Positions 50,601 through 62,612 of a stretch of 64,000 nt of DNA are shown here, one piece after another. The notes below the pieces were generated by a model. That model saw nothing but the letters and a program-made list of their open reading frames with translations, searched no databases and had not been told where the DNA came from. Source of the stretch: Scyliorhinus canicula (taxonomy: Eukaryota); contig NC_052149.1 in NCBI RefSeq assembly GCF_902713615.1, positions 126,669,256-126,733,255 of the forward strand, in the 5' to 3' direction. Position 1 is the first letter of the stretch, and each line of letters opens with the position of its first letter. The translations under genes and the position numbers were made by a program.

Positions 50601-51950
50601 CACCCTACCCAGCTACCCACCCTACCCAGCTATCACCCTACCCAGCTATCACCATACCCAGCTATCACCCTACCCTGCTATCACACTACCCAGCTATAAA
50701 CCTACCCAGCTATCACCCTATCCACCTATCACACTACCCATCTACCCACCCTACCCATCTATCACCCTCCCCATCTACCCACCCTACCCAGCTATCACCC
50801 TACCCAGCTATCACCCTACCCATCTACCCTCCCTACCCAGTTATCACCCTACACATCTGCCCAACCTATCCAGCTATAACCCTACCCAGCTGTCACCCTA
50901 CACAGCTATACCCCTACCCAGCTATCACCCTCCCCATCTACCCACCCTATCCAGCTATCACCCGACCCAGCTATCACCCTACCCAGCGATCACCCTACTC
51001 AGCTTTCACCCTATCCAGCTATCACACTACCCAGCTACCCACCCTACCCAGCTATCACCCTACCCATCTACCAACCCTACCCAGCTATCACCCTACCCAG
51101 CTATCACCCTACCCAGCTATCACCCTACCCAGCTATCACCCTACCCAGCTATCTCCCTACCCATCTACCCACTCTACCCAGCTACTGTCCGACCAACCTG
51201 GCACCCTCCCACCTGCCACCCTACCCAGCCATCACCCGACCCAGCTATCACCCTACCCAGCTATCACCCTACCCAGCTATCACCCTACCCAGCTACCCAC
51301 CCTACCCAGCTACCCACCCAACCCAGCTATCCCCCTACCCAGCTATCACCCTACCCAGCTATCACCGTACCCATCTACCCACCCTCCCCAGCTATCAACC
51401 TACCCAGCTATCACCCTACCCATCTACCCACCCTTCCCAGCTATCACCCTACCCAGCCACCCACCCTACCCAGCTATCACCCTACCCAGCTATCACCCTC
51501 CCCATCTACCCACCCTACCCAGCTATCACCCTCCCCATCTACCCACCCTATCCAGCTATCACCCGACCCAGCTATCACCCTACCCATCTACCCACTCTAC
51601 CCAGCTACCGCCCGACCCACCAGGCACCCTCCCACCTGACACTTTACCCAGCCATCACCCGACCCAGCTACCACCCTTCCCATCCACACACCCTACCCAG
51701 CTATCACCCTAACCAGCTATCACCCTAACCAGCTATCACCCGATCCATATACCCACCCTACCCAGCTATCACCCAACCCAGTTATCACCTTACCCAGCGA
51801 TCACCCTACCCAGCTATCACCCTATCCAGCTTTCACCCTACCGATCTACTCACCCTACCCAGCCATCACCCGACACAGCTACCACCCTACCTATCCACCC
51901 ACCCTACCTAGCAATCATCCTACCCAGCTATCATAGTACTCAGCTATTAC
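41630..51950. repeat. 16-bp minisatellite, ~640 units (CCCAGCTATCACCCTA / TAGGGTGATAGCTGGG)
   Basis: 16-bp period with 17-bp variants; ~2458-bp higher-order duplication (markers 42735/45193, 43681/46141). Confidence 0.97.
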
Positions 51951-52144
51951 CCTCCTCTCTTGCCACCTTACCCACCTTCCTACCCTTCTCACTTACCTCA
52001 CTCATGTCCCCACCCTCCTCACTTACCTCACGCACCTCCCCACTTGCACACCCTCACACACCCATTGACTCAGACATTCAAACACACTGAGCAGCTTTGT
52101 GATCTTTAAACTTACCAGAATACGGCAGCTATCGGTGTAAAAAG

Positions 52145-54415
52145 GGCAGGTGGTGGCTCTGTGGTATTGTCACTGGGCCAGTAATCTAGAGAGCCCAGGC
52201 TAATGCTCCCACTGGCAGGACCCACCAGAGGCACAGTGACTGCCGGGAGGGAGTTACCCTGGGAGTCCTGAACATCAACGCAGGACACCATGAAATGCCA
52301 TGGCATCAGGTCAAACCCAGACATGGAAACCTCATGTTGATTACCACGTACAGTCAAACCCTTAACTGATGAATCATTACTCCTCCATGTTGAACACCAC
52401 TTGGAGGAAGCACTGAGGTTGGCAAGGCCACAGAATATACTCTGGATGTGGGACTTCAATGTCCATCACCAAGAGTGGCTCAGTAGTACCACCACAGACC
52501 GAGCTGGCCAGGGTCATAAAGGACATTGCTGCTCGACTGGGACTGCAGCAGGTGGTGAGGGAACCAACAAGAGGGAAAATCATTCTTGACCTCATCCTCA
52601 CCAACCTGCCTGCCACAGATACATCTGTCCATGGCAGCATCAATAGGAGTGAGCACCGCACAGTCCTTCTGGGGACAAAATCCCATCTTCGCATTGAGCA
52701 TATCCTCCATCATGTTCTGTGACACTATCACCGTACTAAATGAGATAGACTTTGAACAGATCCAGAAACTCAAGACTGGGCATCCATGAGGTGCTGTGGG
52801 TCATCATCAGCAGCAGAATTGGACTCAACCACAAACTGCAACCTCGTGACTGCATATCCCCCACTCTACCATTCCCACCAACCCAGGGGATCAACCCTGG
52901 TTTAAGGAAGAGTGCAGGAGTGCATGCCAGGAACAACAACAGGCATACCGAAAAATGAGGTGTCAACATCCTAAACCTACAACACAGGATTACCTGCCTG
53001 CTAAACAGCATAAGCAACAAGTATTAGACAGAGCTCAGCAATAGATCCATAACCAACAGGTCAGATCTAAGCTCTGCAGTCCTTCCACATCCAGCCATGA
53101 ATGGTGGTGGACAATTAAACAACTCACTGGGGTAGGAGGCTCCACAAAGATCCCCATCCTCAATGATGGGGGAGCCCAACACATAAGTGCAAACAATAAG
53201 GCTGAAGCAGTAATAACACTCTTCAACCAGAAACGCTGAGTGGATGATCCATCTCGGTCTCCTCCGTAGGTCTTCAGCATCACCGATATCAGTCTTCAGC
53301 CAGTTTGATTCACTCCACGTGATATGAAGAAACAGCTGAAGGCTCTGGATGCTGCAAAGCCTATGGGTCCTGACAACATCCCAGCAATAGTACTGAAGAC
53401 TTGTGCCACAGAACGTGCTTCACGCCTAGCCAAGCTGTTCCAGTACAGCTACAACACTGGCATCTACCCGACAATGTGGAAAGTAGCCCAGGTGTGTCAG
53501 TACACAGGAAACAGGACAAATACAACCCAGCTAATTATCACCCAGTCATTCTGCTCTCAATCATTAGCATCATGATGGAAGGTGTCATCAACAGTGTTAT
53601 CAGCGGCTCTTAGCAATAATCTGCTCACTGAGGCCCAGTTTGGGTTTCATGAGGGTCACTCAGCTCCTGAACTCATTCCAGCCTTTGTTCAAACATAGAC
53701 AAAGGTGCTAAACTCTCGAGGTGAGGTGAGAGTGACTGCCCTTGACCAAGTTTGGCATCAAGGAACCCAAGCAAAACTGGACTGAATGGGAAGCAGTGGG
53801 AAAAGTCTCTCCTGGTTGGAGCCATACCTGGCACAAAGGTGGATGGTTGTGGTTGTTGGAGGTCAATCATTTCAGTTCCAGGACATCACTGCAGGAGTTC
53901 CTCAGAGTAGTGACCTAGGCCCAACCATCTTCTGTTGCTTCATCAATTACCTTCCTTCAATCATAACGCAGAGGTGGGGATGTTCCCGAATGACTGCACA
54001 ATGTTCAGCACCATTCACGACTTCTCAGATACTGAAACCATCCCTGTGTAAATGCAGCAAGACCTAGACAATATCCAGGCTTGGGCTGAAAAGTGGCAAG
54101 TAACATTTGCATCACACATGTGCCAGACAATGACCATCACCAACAAGAATGAATCTAACTGCTGCCCCTTTCAATGTCATTACCATTGCTGAATGCCCCA
54201 TTTTCAACATCCTGGGGGTTATCATTGAGCAGAAACTGAACTGGACCATCCATATCAATACTGTGCTTAACAAAACTCATCAAAGGCTGGGAATCCTACG
54301 GCGAGTAACTAACCTCCTGACTCCCCAAGCCCTGTCCACCATGTACAAGACACAAGTCAGGAGTGTGATGGAATACTCTCCACTTGCCTGGATGAGTGCA
54401 GCTCCAACCACCCTC
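52145..54415 (+). mobile_element. CR1-group LINE with tRNA-like head joined to EN-RT (internally deleted)
   Basis: GTGGTATTGTCACTGGGCCAGTAATC..CCCAGGCTAATGCT head, then WDFNVHHQEWL, PMGPDNIPA, NYHPVILL, GVPQSSDLGPTIF. Confidence 0.85.
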
Positions 54416-54858
54416 ACCTTTATCTTTTCAGTGGTGGCAGCAACGGCAGGGTAAAATGCCGATAGTACGGAGATAGACAGCCTCGGTCTGAGGTAATGGC
54501 ACATTTCAGAAAGTGCGTGAGACTAATGGGAGCAGCTGATTGGTGAGTATGTCCTGGAGGGTATTTTCAAATTGGATTAAATTGTCAGTCATTTTTCAGC
54601 AAGGGAAGGGACCTGTTTGATTTATCTTATTTTTTAATAAAATTTTTAATTTAAATAGTTTAGTCATGAGAGGAGAGCTCAAAGCCGTGTTATGTTCCTC
54701 CTGTTCTATGTGGGAAGCCAGATACATTCCAGTGCCCGGGACCAGCATTTGTGCAGAAAGGCTGTCCAGCTGTAGCTTCCGGAAACTCGGATTTCAGATC
54801 TGGAATGGCGGGTGGAGATAGTGTGGAACATCCTTGGGGCGGAGAGCACCATGGGTAG

Positions 54859-55761
54859 TGTAGCCACCGAAGCTGGCCACTTCCCGACATAAAATGGAAC
54901 ATTGAGATGCATGCAGGGAAAATTGGACAATGACAGAGAGGCAAGCAGGTTGCAGAACCTCTCTTTGGATTCTGTCTGTGAAGAAACCAGACAGCATAGA
55001 AACTAACAAGCTACGCATATTAATTGAGCGATTCCCGGTGATTCCCAGGCACAATGGACACAATTAAGAATAAGAAAGGCCAAGCTAGACTCTTCAGCGC
55101 CAGCAGGAGTCCCGGACAATAAGATACAAACAGCCCCAAGAACCGCCCAGTAATCGAGGAACAGCCCCGTTATTGGGGAAATTCAAATCAATCGATTGGG
55201 AAGAGACCCAATCGATTGCAAGTTTATAGAGGGTTTGCCCAGATGGGGGCGAAACACAAAACAGTATAAGACAGAGACCCCGACCCCAGCTCTCTCTCTT
55301 AGCCGGCCCTCCCAGCAGAACACCTTTGCACCAGCTGTCCAGGAACATGAACGTGAGAAGGAGAGGCTTGGCCAATTGCTACACCGACAAGTAAGTGTCA
55401 TACAACGCACGCTACGAGAGTAGACACTCCTGACCCCTTTAGTCCACACCAACTGGAAGCCTGCGCATCCAGGACAAAGCAAGAGGCCATTGTCCCCTGA
55501 TCCGGCAGTTCCCTTATTTCAGATAAGTTTTGGCCTAGTAGTGGTAGGAACAGTTTAGTCTTAGTTTTATATGCATGAGTAGCAAATAACTGTAATAATA
55601 AACGTGTCTTGTTTGAACTTACTAACTGGTGTATGGAGTCATTGATCTGAACTTGAACTTGAACCTCGTGGCGGTATCATAAGGATACCTGGCGACTCTA
55701 GAGCTTAGGAATAAAACAGAGCCAATTGAGTGTTAAGCACACTCACCCAGAAGGAGCAACA
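54859..55761 (+). mobile_element. Solo LTR, 903 bp
   Basis: TG...CA; perfect 4-bp TSD GTAG (54855-58, 55762-65); TATAA ~55265, AATAAA ~55598; removal restores CR1 TMGSTLRELFTP. Confidence 0.92.
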
Positions 55762-56250
55762 GTAGCACGCTTAGAGAGTTGTTCACACCGGAGCTGAAGG
55801 GACTTGAAGATGGAAGGGAAAGGATGAGCACCAGGCTGTCTCTGACAAACAGGCAGGTCGTTCAGGAGTTCCCTGGAAGCTGATGAAAGTACTGGTTCCT
55901 CCAGTGAGTGAGTGAGTGCAGACAGAGCCAAACATCTGGCACCACAGGAGCCTGTATGTACAGGAAGGGAGGAAGAGATGAAGAGCAATAATAATAGGGG
56001 AACATATATCAGGGGAAAAGATAGGCATGACTGTGGCCATCAACGTGACTCCTGAATGGTGAGTTGTCTCCCTGGTACCAGGGACTTGGATGTTGCTGCA
56101 CGGCTGCAGGGAATCCTGAATGGGGGGAGATAAGGCAGAGGTCATGGTCCATCTTGGTCCCAATGACATCAGTAGAAGGATGAAGTCTTACATCAAGAAT
56201 TCAGGAAGCAAGGCAGTAGAATAAAAAGCAGGACCTCTCGGGTTGGGTAG

Positions 56251-56588
56251 TTTTTAGAACAGTACAGCACAGAACAGGCCCTTCAGCCCTCGATGTTGTG
56301 CCGAGCAATGATCACCCCACTCAAACTCACGTATACACCGTATACCCGTAACCCAACAACTCCCCCTTAATCTTACTTTTTAGGACACTAGGGGCAATTT
56401 AGCATGGCCAATCCACCTAGCCCGCACATCTTTGGACTGTGGGAGGAAACTGGAGCACCCAGAGGAAACCCACGCACACACGGGGAGGACGTGCAGACTC
56501 CGCACAGACAGTGACCCAGCCGGGAGCCGAACCTGAGACCCTGGAGCTGTGAAGCATTGATGCTAACCACTATGCTACCGTGCTGCCC
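56251..56588 (-). mobile_element. V-SINE-like element (CR1-type tail)
   Basis: Same structure as the SINE at 16383-16711. Confidence 0.9.
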
Positions 56589-56595
56589 ACAGTAT

Positions 56596-56900
56596 GGCAG
56601 CACAGTGGGTAGCACTGCGTGCCTCACAGCTCCAGGGTCCCAGGTTCGATTCCTGGCTTGGGTCACTGTTTGTGTGGAGTCTGCACGTTCTCCCTGTGTC
56701 TGCGTGTGTTTCCTCCGGATGCTCCGGTTTCCTCCCACAAGTCCCGACAGATGTGCTGTTAGGTGATTTGGACATTCTGAATTCTCCCCCAGTGTACCCA
56801 AACAGGCACCAGAATGTGGCGACTAGAGGCTTATCACAGTAACTTCATTGCTGTGTTAATGTAAGCCTACTTGTGACAATAAAGATTATTATTATTATTA
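56596..56900 (+). mobile_element. HE1-like V-SINE with (ATT)n tail
   Basis: Head GGCAGCACAGTGGGTAGCAC; tail GTGACAATAAAGATTATTATTATTATT. Confidence 0.9.
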
Positions 56901-57332
56901 TTGTAATCTCTGGATTACTCCCAGTGCCAGGTGTGAGTGAGCACAGAAATAGGAGAATAATGCAGATCAACGCGTGGCTTAAGAGCTGGTGCAGGAGGGA
57001 GGGGTGTAAATTCCTAGATCACTGGGACCATTTGTGGGGAAAGTGGGACCTGTGCAAGTGGGACAGTCGACATCTCAACCACAGAGGGACTAACATCCTT
57101 GTGGATGGGTTTGCACGTGCTGTTGGGAGGAGTTTAAAATAATTTGGCAAGGAGAGGGGATCACAGAATGTTAGCACAATAGGGACGCAGCATTATTCAG
57201 TAAAGCAATCAAGTCAGAGGGAGTAGAACTTTATTAAATTTCAAGGGAGAAGGCAAGACTGGATGGCATCTACTTTATTTCCAGGAGTATTACAGGTGAC
57301 GCGGATGAGTTAACGGTGAGGATTGACACGTG

Positions 57333-57502
57333 GGGCTGGATTCTCCGCCCCGTTACACCACATTTCTGTTTCACCTCACTGGCGGGATGCTCTGTTATGC
57401 CAGCTAAACAATGGGGTTTCCCATTGTGGGGCAGCCCCACACCGTTGGGAAACCTCCGGGCTGACGGCAAAATGAAGCATCCGCCGGTGGAGAATCCAGC
57501 CT
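57333..57502. mobile_element. Short Harbinger-type MITE
   Basis: TIRs GGGCTGGATTCTCC / GGAGAATCCAGCCT; TSD GTG; removal restores CR1 DTWNCD. Confidence 0.85.
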
Positions 57503-58627
57503 GTGGAATTGTGATATAGTGGCCATCACGGAGATGTGGTTGAGGGAGGGGCAGGATTGGCAGCTGATATAAAATCTTCAGGCGAGACAGGGGTGGGGGT
57601 AAATGAGGAGGAGGCATTGCATTATTAGTTAAGCAGTCAGTTACTGCAGGAAGGACAGATGTTGGGGGGGTTTCTCTGTCGGCTGACACCAAAATCGCAA
57701 AATGCAATTCGGTGGGGAATCAGTTTTGACTCTGAAATCGTGGCGCGCGCCGGTTTCAAAATGGCAATTCTCCAGTGCCTCGACAGCAGCGTCATTGTGT
57801 TCCATTCCTCACTTAGAGAAAATGGCATTGGCATATCAGCGTGCCTGACCCGGTATTCTCCAGGACTCCACGATTCTCCGCCTCCATCGGGGGGAGTTCC
57901 CGACGGCGAGGTTCACTTGTGCTTTTAACAATCGTGAAACAGGCGCCGTGGCTGATGAGGGAGAGAGAGGGGTTCGGAGCCGGAGAGGCGCCACCTCTTC
58001 GATGCCGGTTCTACTGCTGGGGGAGGGGGGGTTACAAGGACCGGATGGCCATGGGTTCCCCACACAAGATTGCAGTGTCCAGGCACATTCCGCCATTTCA
58101 GCAGCCTGCAAGGCAGCCATCTTGCCGCTCACCCCACTGACCACCCACCCTGACCCCTGGTCCTGCAGAGTGACACGGGCTGTATGGACTCATTCCACCT
58201 CGTACCCTCCAATCCCACCACCCCCACACCCCACCCTCCACCATACCACCCCCCTTTATCCAACCAGCCGGCACCCACCGGCTGGACTTCACGCGGATCA
58301 CACAAGGGCAATGCCCACAGTAGACCCTACAGGGGGCGCCGGACAGGGGCTGCGGAGCATATCGCTGGCAAGGGCAGCACCAGCCTATGGTACCCTGACA
58401 GCAAGGATGGGCCAGAGGCCCCGACGGTGTCTGAACTGTCGAGGCCAGTGGTGCGGAGCGGGGTGGGGGGGTGACATGCGGGGGCAGGGTCCGCAGTGGT
58501 AACTGGGCCACCGTGTGTCCCATTGGACCTGGTTGGGCAGGGGGGTACGCACCATGCTAACAGTATGCCCATCCATCCCTACCCCCCTGCAGACAATGGA
58601 TATTTGAATATAACCAGCAAAGGTTAT

Positions 58628-59554
58628 GGACCAGTCCTGGTCCACAACAAACGCCATCTCCCTGACCCTCCGTTTATCTCTGGAGCATCTCAACAGCAAG
58701 GAATCTTCCATCAGACTCTTATTCATTGACTACAGTTCTGCCTTCAACACCATAATCTCAACCAAGCTCATATCAAAGCTCCAAAATCTGGGACTTGGCT
58801 CCTCACTCTGCAACTGGATCCTCAACTTTCTGATCCATAATCAATAAGGATAAACAACAACACCTTCTCCACGATTGTCCTCAATACCTGGGTCCCTTAA
58901 AGCTGTGTACCTAGCTCCCTACTATACTTCCTATATACACACGACTGCATGGCAAAATTTGGCTCCAACTTCATGTCCAAGTTTGCCGATGACACAACCA
59001 TAGTGGGTCGGATCTTCAACAACGATGAGTCAGAGTACAGGAGGGAGATACAGAACCTTGTGGAGTGGTGCAATGACAACAATCTCTCCCTCAATGTCAG
59101 CGAAACTGAAGAGTTGGTCATTGACTTCAGGAAGCGCAGTACCGTACACACCCCTTTCTGCATCAATGGTGTAGAGGTGGAGATGGTGCCGAGGTGAATC
59201 ACCTGAGGAAGGAGCAGTGCTCCGCAGCTAGTGATTTGAAACAAACCTGTTGGACTTTAACCTGGTGTTGTAAGACTTCTTACTGGGTTCAAAAACAGCT
59301 TCTTCCCCGCTGTTACCCGACTCCTGAATGACCCTCTTATGGACTGATCTGATCTCTTCACAAATCTTCTCTACTGAGTAGTACTACACTCCTGTATGCT
59401 TCACTCGATGCTTGTGGCTATGTATTTACATTGTGTATTTATGTATGCCCTATGTGTTTTTTTCATGTATGGAATGATCTGTCTGGACTGTGCGCAGAAC
59501 AATACGTTTCACTGTACCTCGGTACACGTGACAATAAAACAAATCCAAATCCAA
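58628..59554 (+). mobile_element. Rex1/Babar-clade LINE 3' fragment
   Basis: [35 protein letters not shown]; tail ACAATAAAACAAATCCAAATCCAA. Confidence 0.85.
59195..59285 (+). mobile_element. Penelope-like terminal fragment inside the Rex-Babar copy
   Basis: CACCTGAGGAAGGAGCAGTGCTCCGCAGCTAGTG..AAACCTGTTGGACTTTAACCTGGTGTTG resembles Penelope pseudo-LTR ends (from memory). Confidence 0.6.
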
Positions 59555-60102
59555 GGATGGAGTGCTGGCCACACAACAGGCCGAGGAGGAGGAGGAGGAG
59601 GAGGGGCAAAGGAGGTGCCACATGGGGCCTCATGTGTACCGGCAGCACCTGACATTCGAGGACCGGCCGGACCGGGTATGCTGTCGAAGTCTCCGGCTGA
59701 TCAGGGGACAGTGCAGAATTTCTGCCAGATCATGATGCTCCAGGCACCATCAATAGGAGAGGACACCCGCTCCCAGTGGTTGTCAAGGTGACGGTTGCCC
59801 TGAACCTTTACGCCATGGGGTCCTTCCAGGTGACGAGTGGGATCCAGTCTGGGATCTCACAGAGCTCGGTGCCAAGGTACATCCGCGTTGTCAGGGAGGC
59901 CCTATATCCCCAGAAGCCACAATATATCCATTTCAATGTGGCCCGTGCCCACCACGATACATCGCCGGGATACCCCGGGTCAAGGAGAGATCAACGGGGT
60001 GCATGTCCTCCTGCGAACATTTGCAGATGACAGGCCGCTCTACACAAACCGAAAGGGGTTCCACTCGATGAACATGCAGCTCGCGTGTAACCATCAGCTG
60101 CG

Positions 60103-62554
60103 CATCAGACACAGCTGTGTCCAATACCCGGGCAGTGTGCACAACGTCTTCATCATAAACAACTGTGCCCAATACCCGGGCAGTGTGCACAACGTCTTCA
60201 TCATAAACAACTGTGCCCAATACCCGGGCAGTGTGCACAACGTCTTCATCATACACAACTGTGCCCAATACCCGGGCAGTGTGCACAACGTCTTCATCAT
60301 ACACAACTGTGCCCAATACCCGGGCAGTATGCACAACGTCTTCATCATACACAACTGTGCCCAATACCCGGGCAGTGTGCACAAAGCCTTCATCATACAC
60401 AACTGTGCCCAATACCCGGGCAGTGTGCACAACGTCTTCATCATAAACAACTGTGCCCAATACCCGGGCAGTGTGCACAACGTCTTGATCATAAACAACT
60501 GTGCCCAATACCCGGGCAGTGTGCACAACGCCTTCATTGTACACAACTGTGCCCAATACCCGGGCAGTGTGCACAAAGCCTTCACCATACACAACTGTGC
60601 CCAATACCCGGGCAGTGTGCACAACGTCTTCATCATACACAACTGTGCCCAATACCCGGGCAGTGTGCACAACGCCTTCATCATACACAACTGTGCCCAA
60701 TACCCGGGCAGTGTGCACAACGTCTTCATCATACACAACTGTGCCCAATACCCGGGCAGTATGCACAACGTCTTCATCATACACAACTGTGCCCAATACC
60801 CGGGCAGTGTGCACAAAGCCTTCATCATAAACAACTGTGCCCAATACCCGGGCAGTGTGCACAACGTCTTCATCATAAACAACTGTGCCCAATACCCGGG
60901 CAGTGTGCACAACGCCTTCATTGTACACAACTGTGCCCAATACCCGGGCAGTGTGCACAAAGCCTTCACCATACACAACTGTGCCCAATACCCGGGCAGT
61001 GTGCACAACGTCTTCATCATACACAACTGTGCCCAATACCCGGGCAGTGTGCACAACGCCTTCATCATAACCAACTGTGCCCAATACCCGGGCAGTGTGC
61101 ACAACGCCTTCATCATACACAACTGTGCCCAATACCCGGGCAGTGTGCACAACGTCTTCATCATACACAACTGTGCCCAATACCCGGGCAGTGTGCACAA
61201 CGCCTTCATCATAAACAACTGTGCCCAATACCCGGGCAGTGTGCACGACGCCTTCATCATACACAACTGTGCCCAATACCCGGGCAGTGTGCACAAAGCC
61301 TTCATCATACACAACTGTGCCCAATACCCGGGCAGTATGCACAACGTCTTCATCATACACAACTGTGCCCAATACCCGGGCAGTGTGCACAAAGCCTTCA
61401 TAATACACAACTGTGCCCAATACCCGGGCAGTGTGCACAACGTCTTCATCATAAACAACTGTGCCCAATACCCGGGTAGTGTGCACAACGTCTTCATCAT
61501 AAACAACTGTGCCCAATACCCGGGCAGTGTGCACAACGCCTTCATCATACACAACTGTGCCCAATACCCGGGCAGTGTGCACAAAGCCTTCATAATACAC
61601 AACTGTGCCCAATACCCGGGCAGTGTGCACAAAGCCTTCACCATACACAACTGTGCCCAATACCCGGGCAGTGTGCACAACGTCTTCATCATACACAACT
61701 GTGCCCAATACCCGGGCAGTGTGCACAACGCCTTCATCATAAACAACTGTGCCCAATACCCGGGCAGTGTGCACAACGCCTTCATCATACACAACTGTGC
61801 CCAATACCCAGGCAGTATGCACAACGTCTTCATCATACACAACTGTGCCCAATACCCGGGCAGTGTGCACAAAGCCTTCATGATACACAACTGTGCCCAA
61901 TACCCGGGCAGTGTGCACAACGTCTTCATCATAAACAACTGTGCCCAATACCCGGGCAGTGTGCACAACGCCTTCATTGTACACAACTGTGCCCAATACC
62001 CGGGCAGTGTGCACAAAGCCTTCACCATACACAACTGTGCCCAATACCCGGGCAGTGTGCACAACGTCTTCATCATACACAACTGTGCCCAATACCCGGG
62101 CAGTGTGCACAACGCCTTCATCATAAACAACTGTGCCCAATACCCGGGCAGTGTGCACAACACCTTCATCATACACAACTGTGCCCAATACCCGGGCAGT
62201 GTGCACAAAGCCTTCATCATACACAACTGTGCCCAATACCCGGGCAGTGTGCACAACGTCTTCATCAGACACAACTGTGCCCAATACCCGGGCAGTGTGC
62301 ACAACATCTTCATCATACACAACTGTGCCCAATACCCGGGCAGTGTGCACAAAGCCTTCATCATACACAACTGTGCCCAATACCCGGGCAGTGTGCACAA
62401 CGTCTTCATCAGACACAACTGTGCCCAATACCCGGGCAGTGTGCACAACGTCTTCATCATAAACAACTGTGCCCAATACCCGGGCAGTGTGCACAGCTCC
62501 TTCATCATACACAACTGTGCCCAATACCCGGGCAGTGTGCACAACTCCTTCATC
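60103..62554 (+). repeat. 48-bp x 51 in-frame tandem array inside the transposase
   Basis: Boundary CATC at 60103 and 62551 (2448 = 51 x 48); unit encodes NCAQYPGSVHNVFIIH; no indels seen. Confidence 0.97.
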
Positions 62555-62612
62555 CTGGCACACTCGATGATTCCTGACATGTTCGAGATGCCCCGCCCCC
62601 AGCTGAGGAGTT

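Larger units (their letters stand above)
54530..57660 (+). mobile_element. Degraded CR1 (esterase ORF1 + EN start) interrupted by an LTR, two SINEs and a MITE
   Basis: ATG at 54666 (MRGELKAVLCSSCSMWE); esterase remnants ISGLLPVP..NAWLKSWCRREG..HWDHLW; EN DTWNCDIVAITE. Confidence 0.8.

Noticed and set aside
46984-50699. Extensin/mucin-like YPAITLPSYHP ORFs
   Set aside because: Translation of a 16-bp repeat that cycles through all frames; C-rich strands rarely contain stops.
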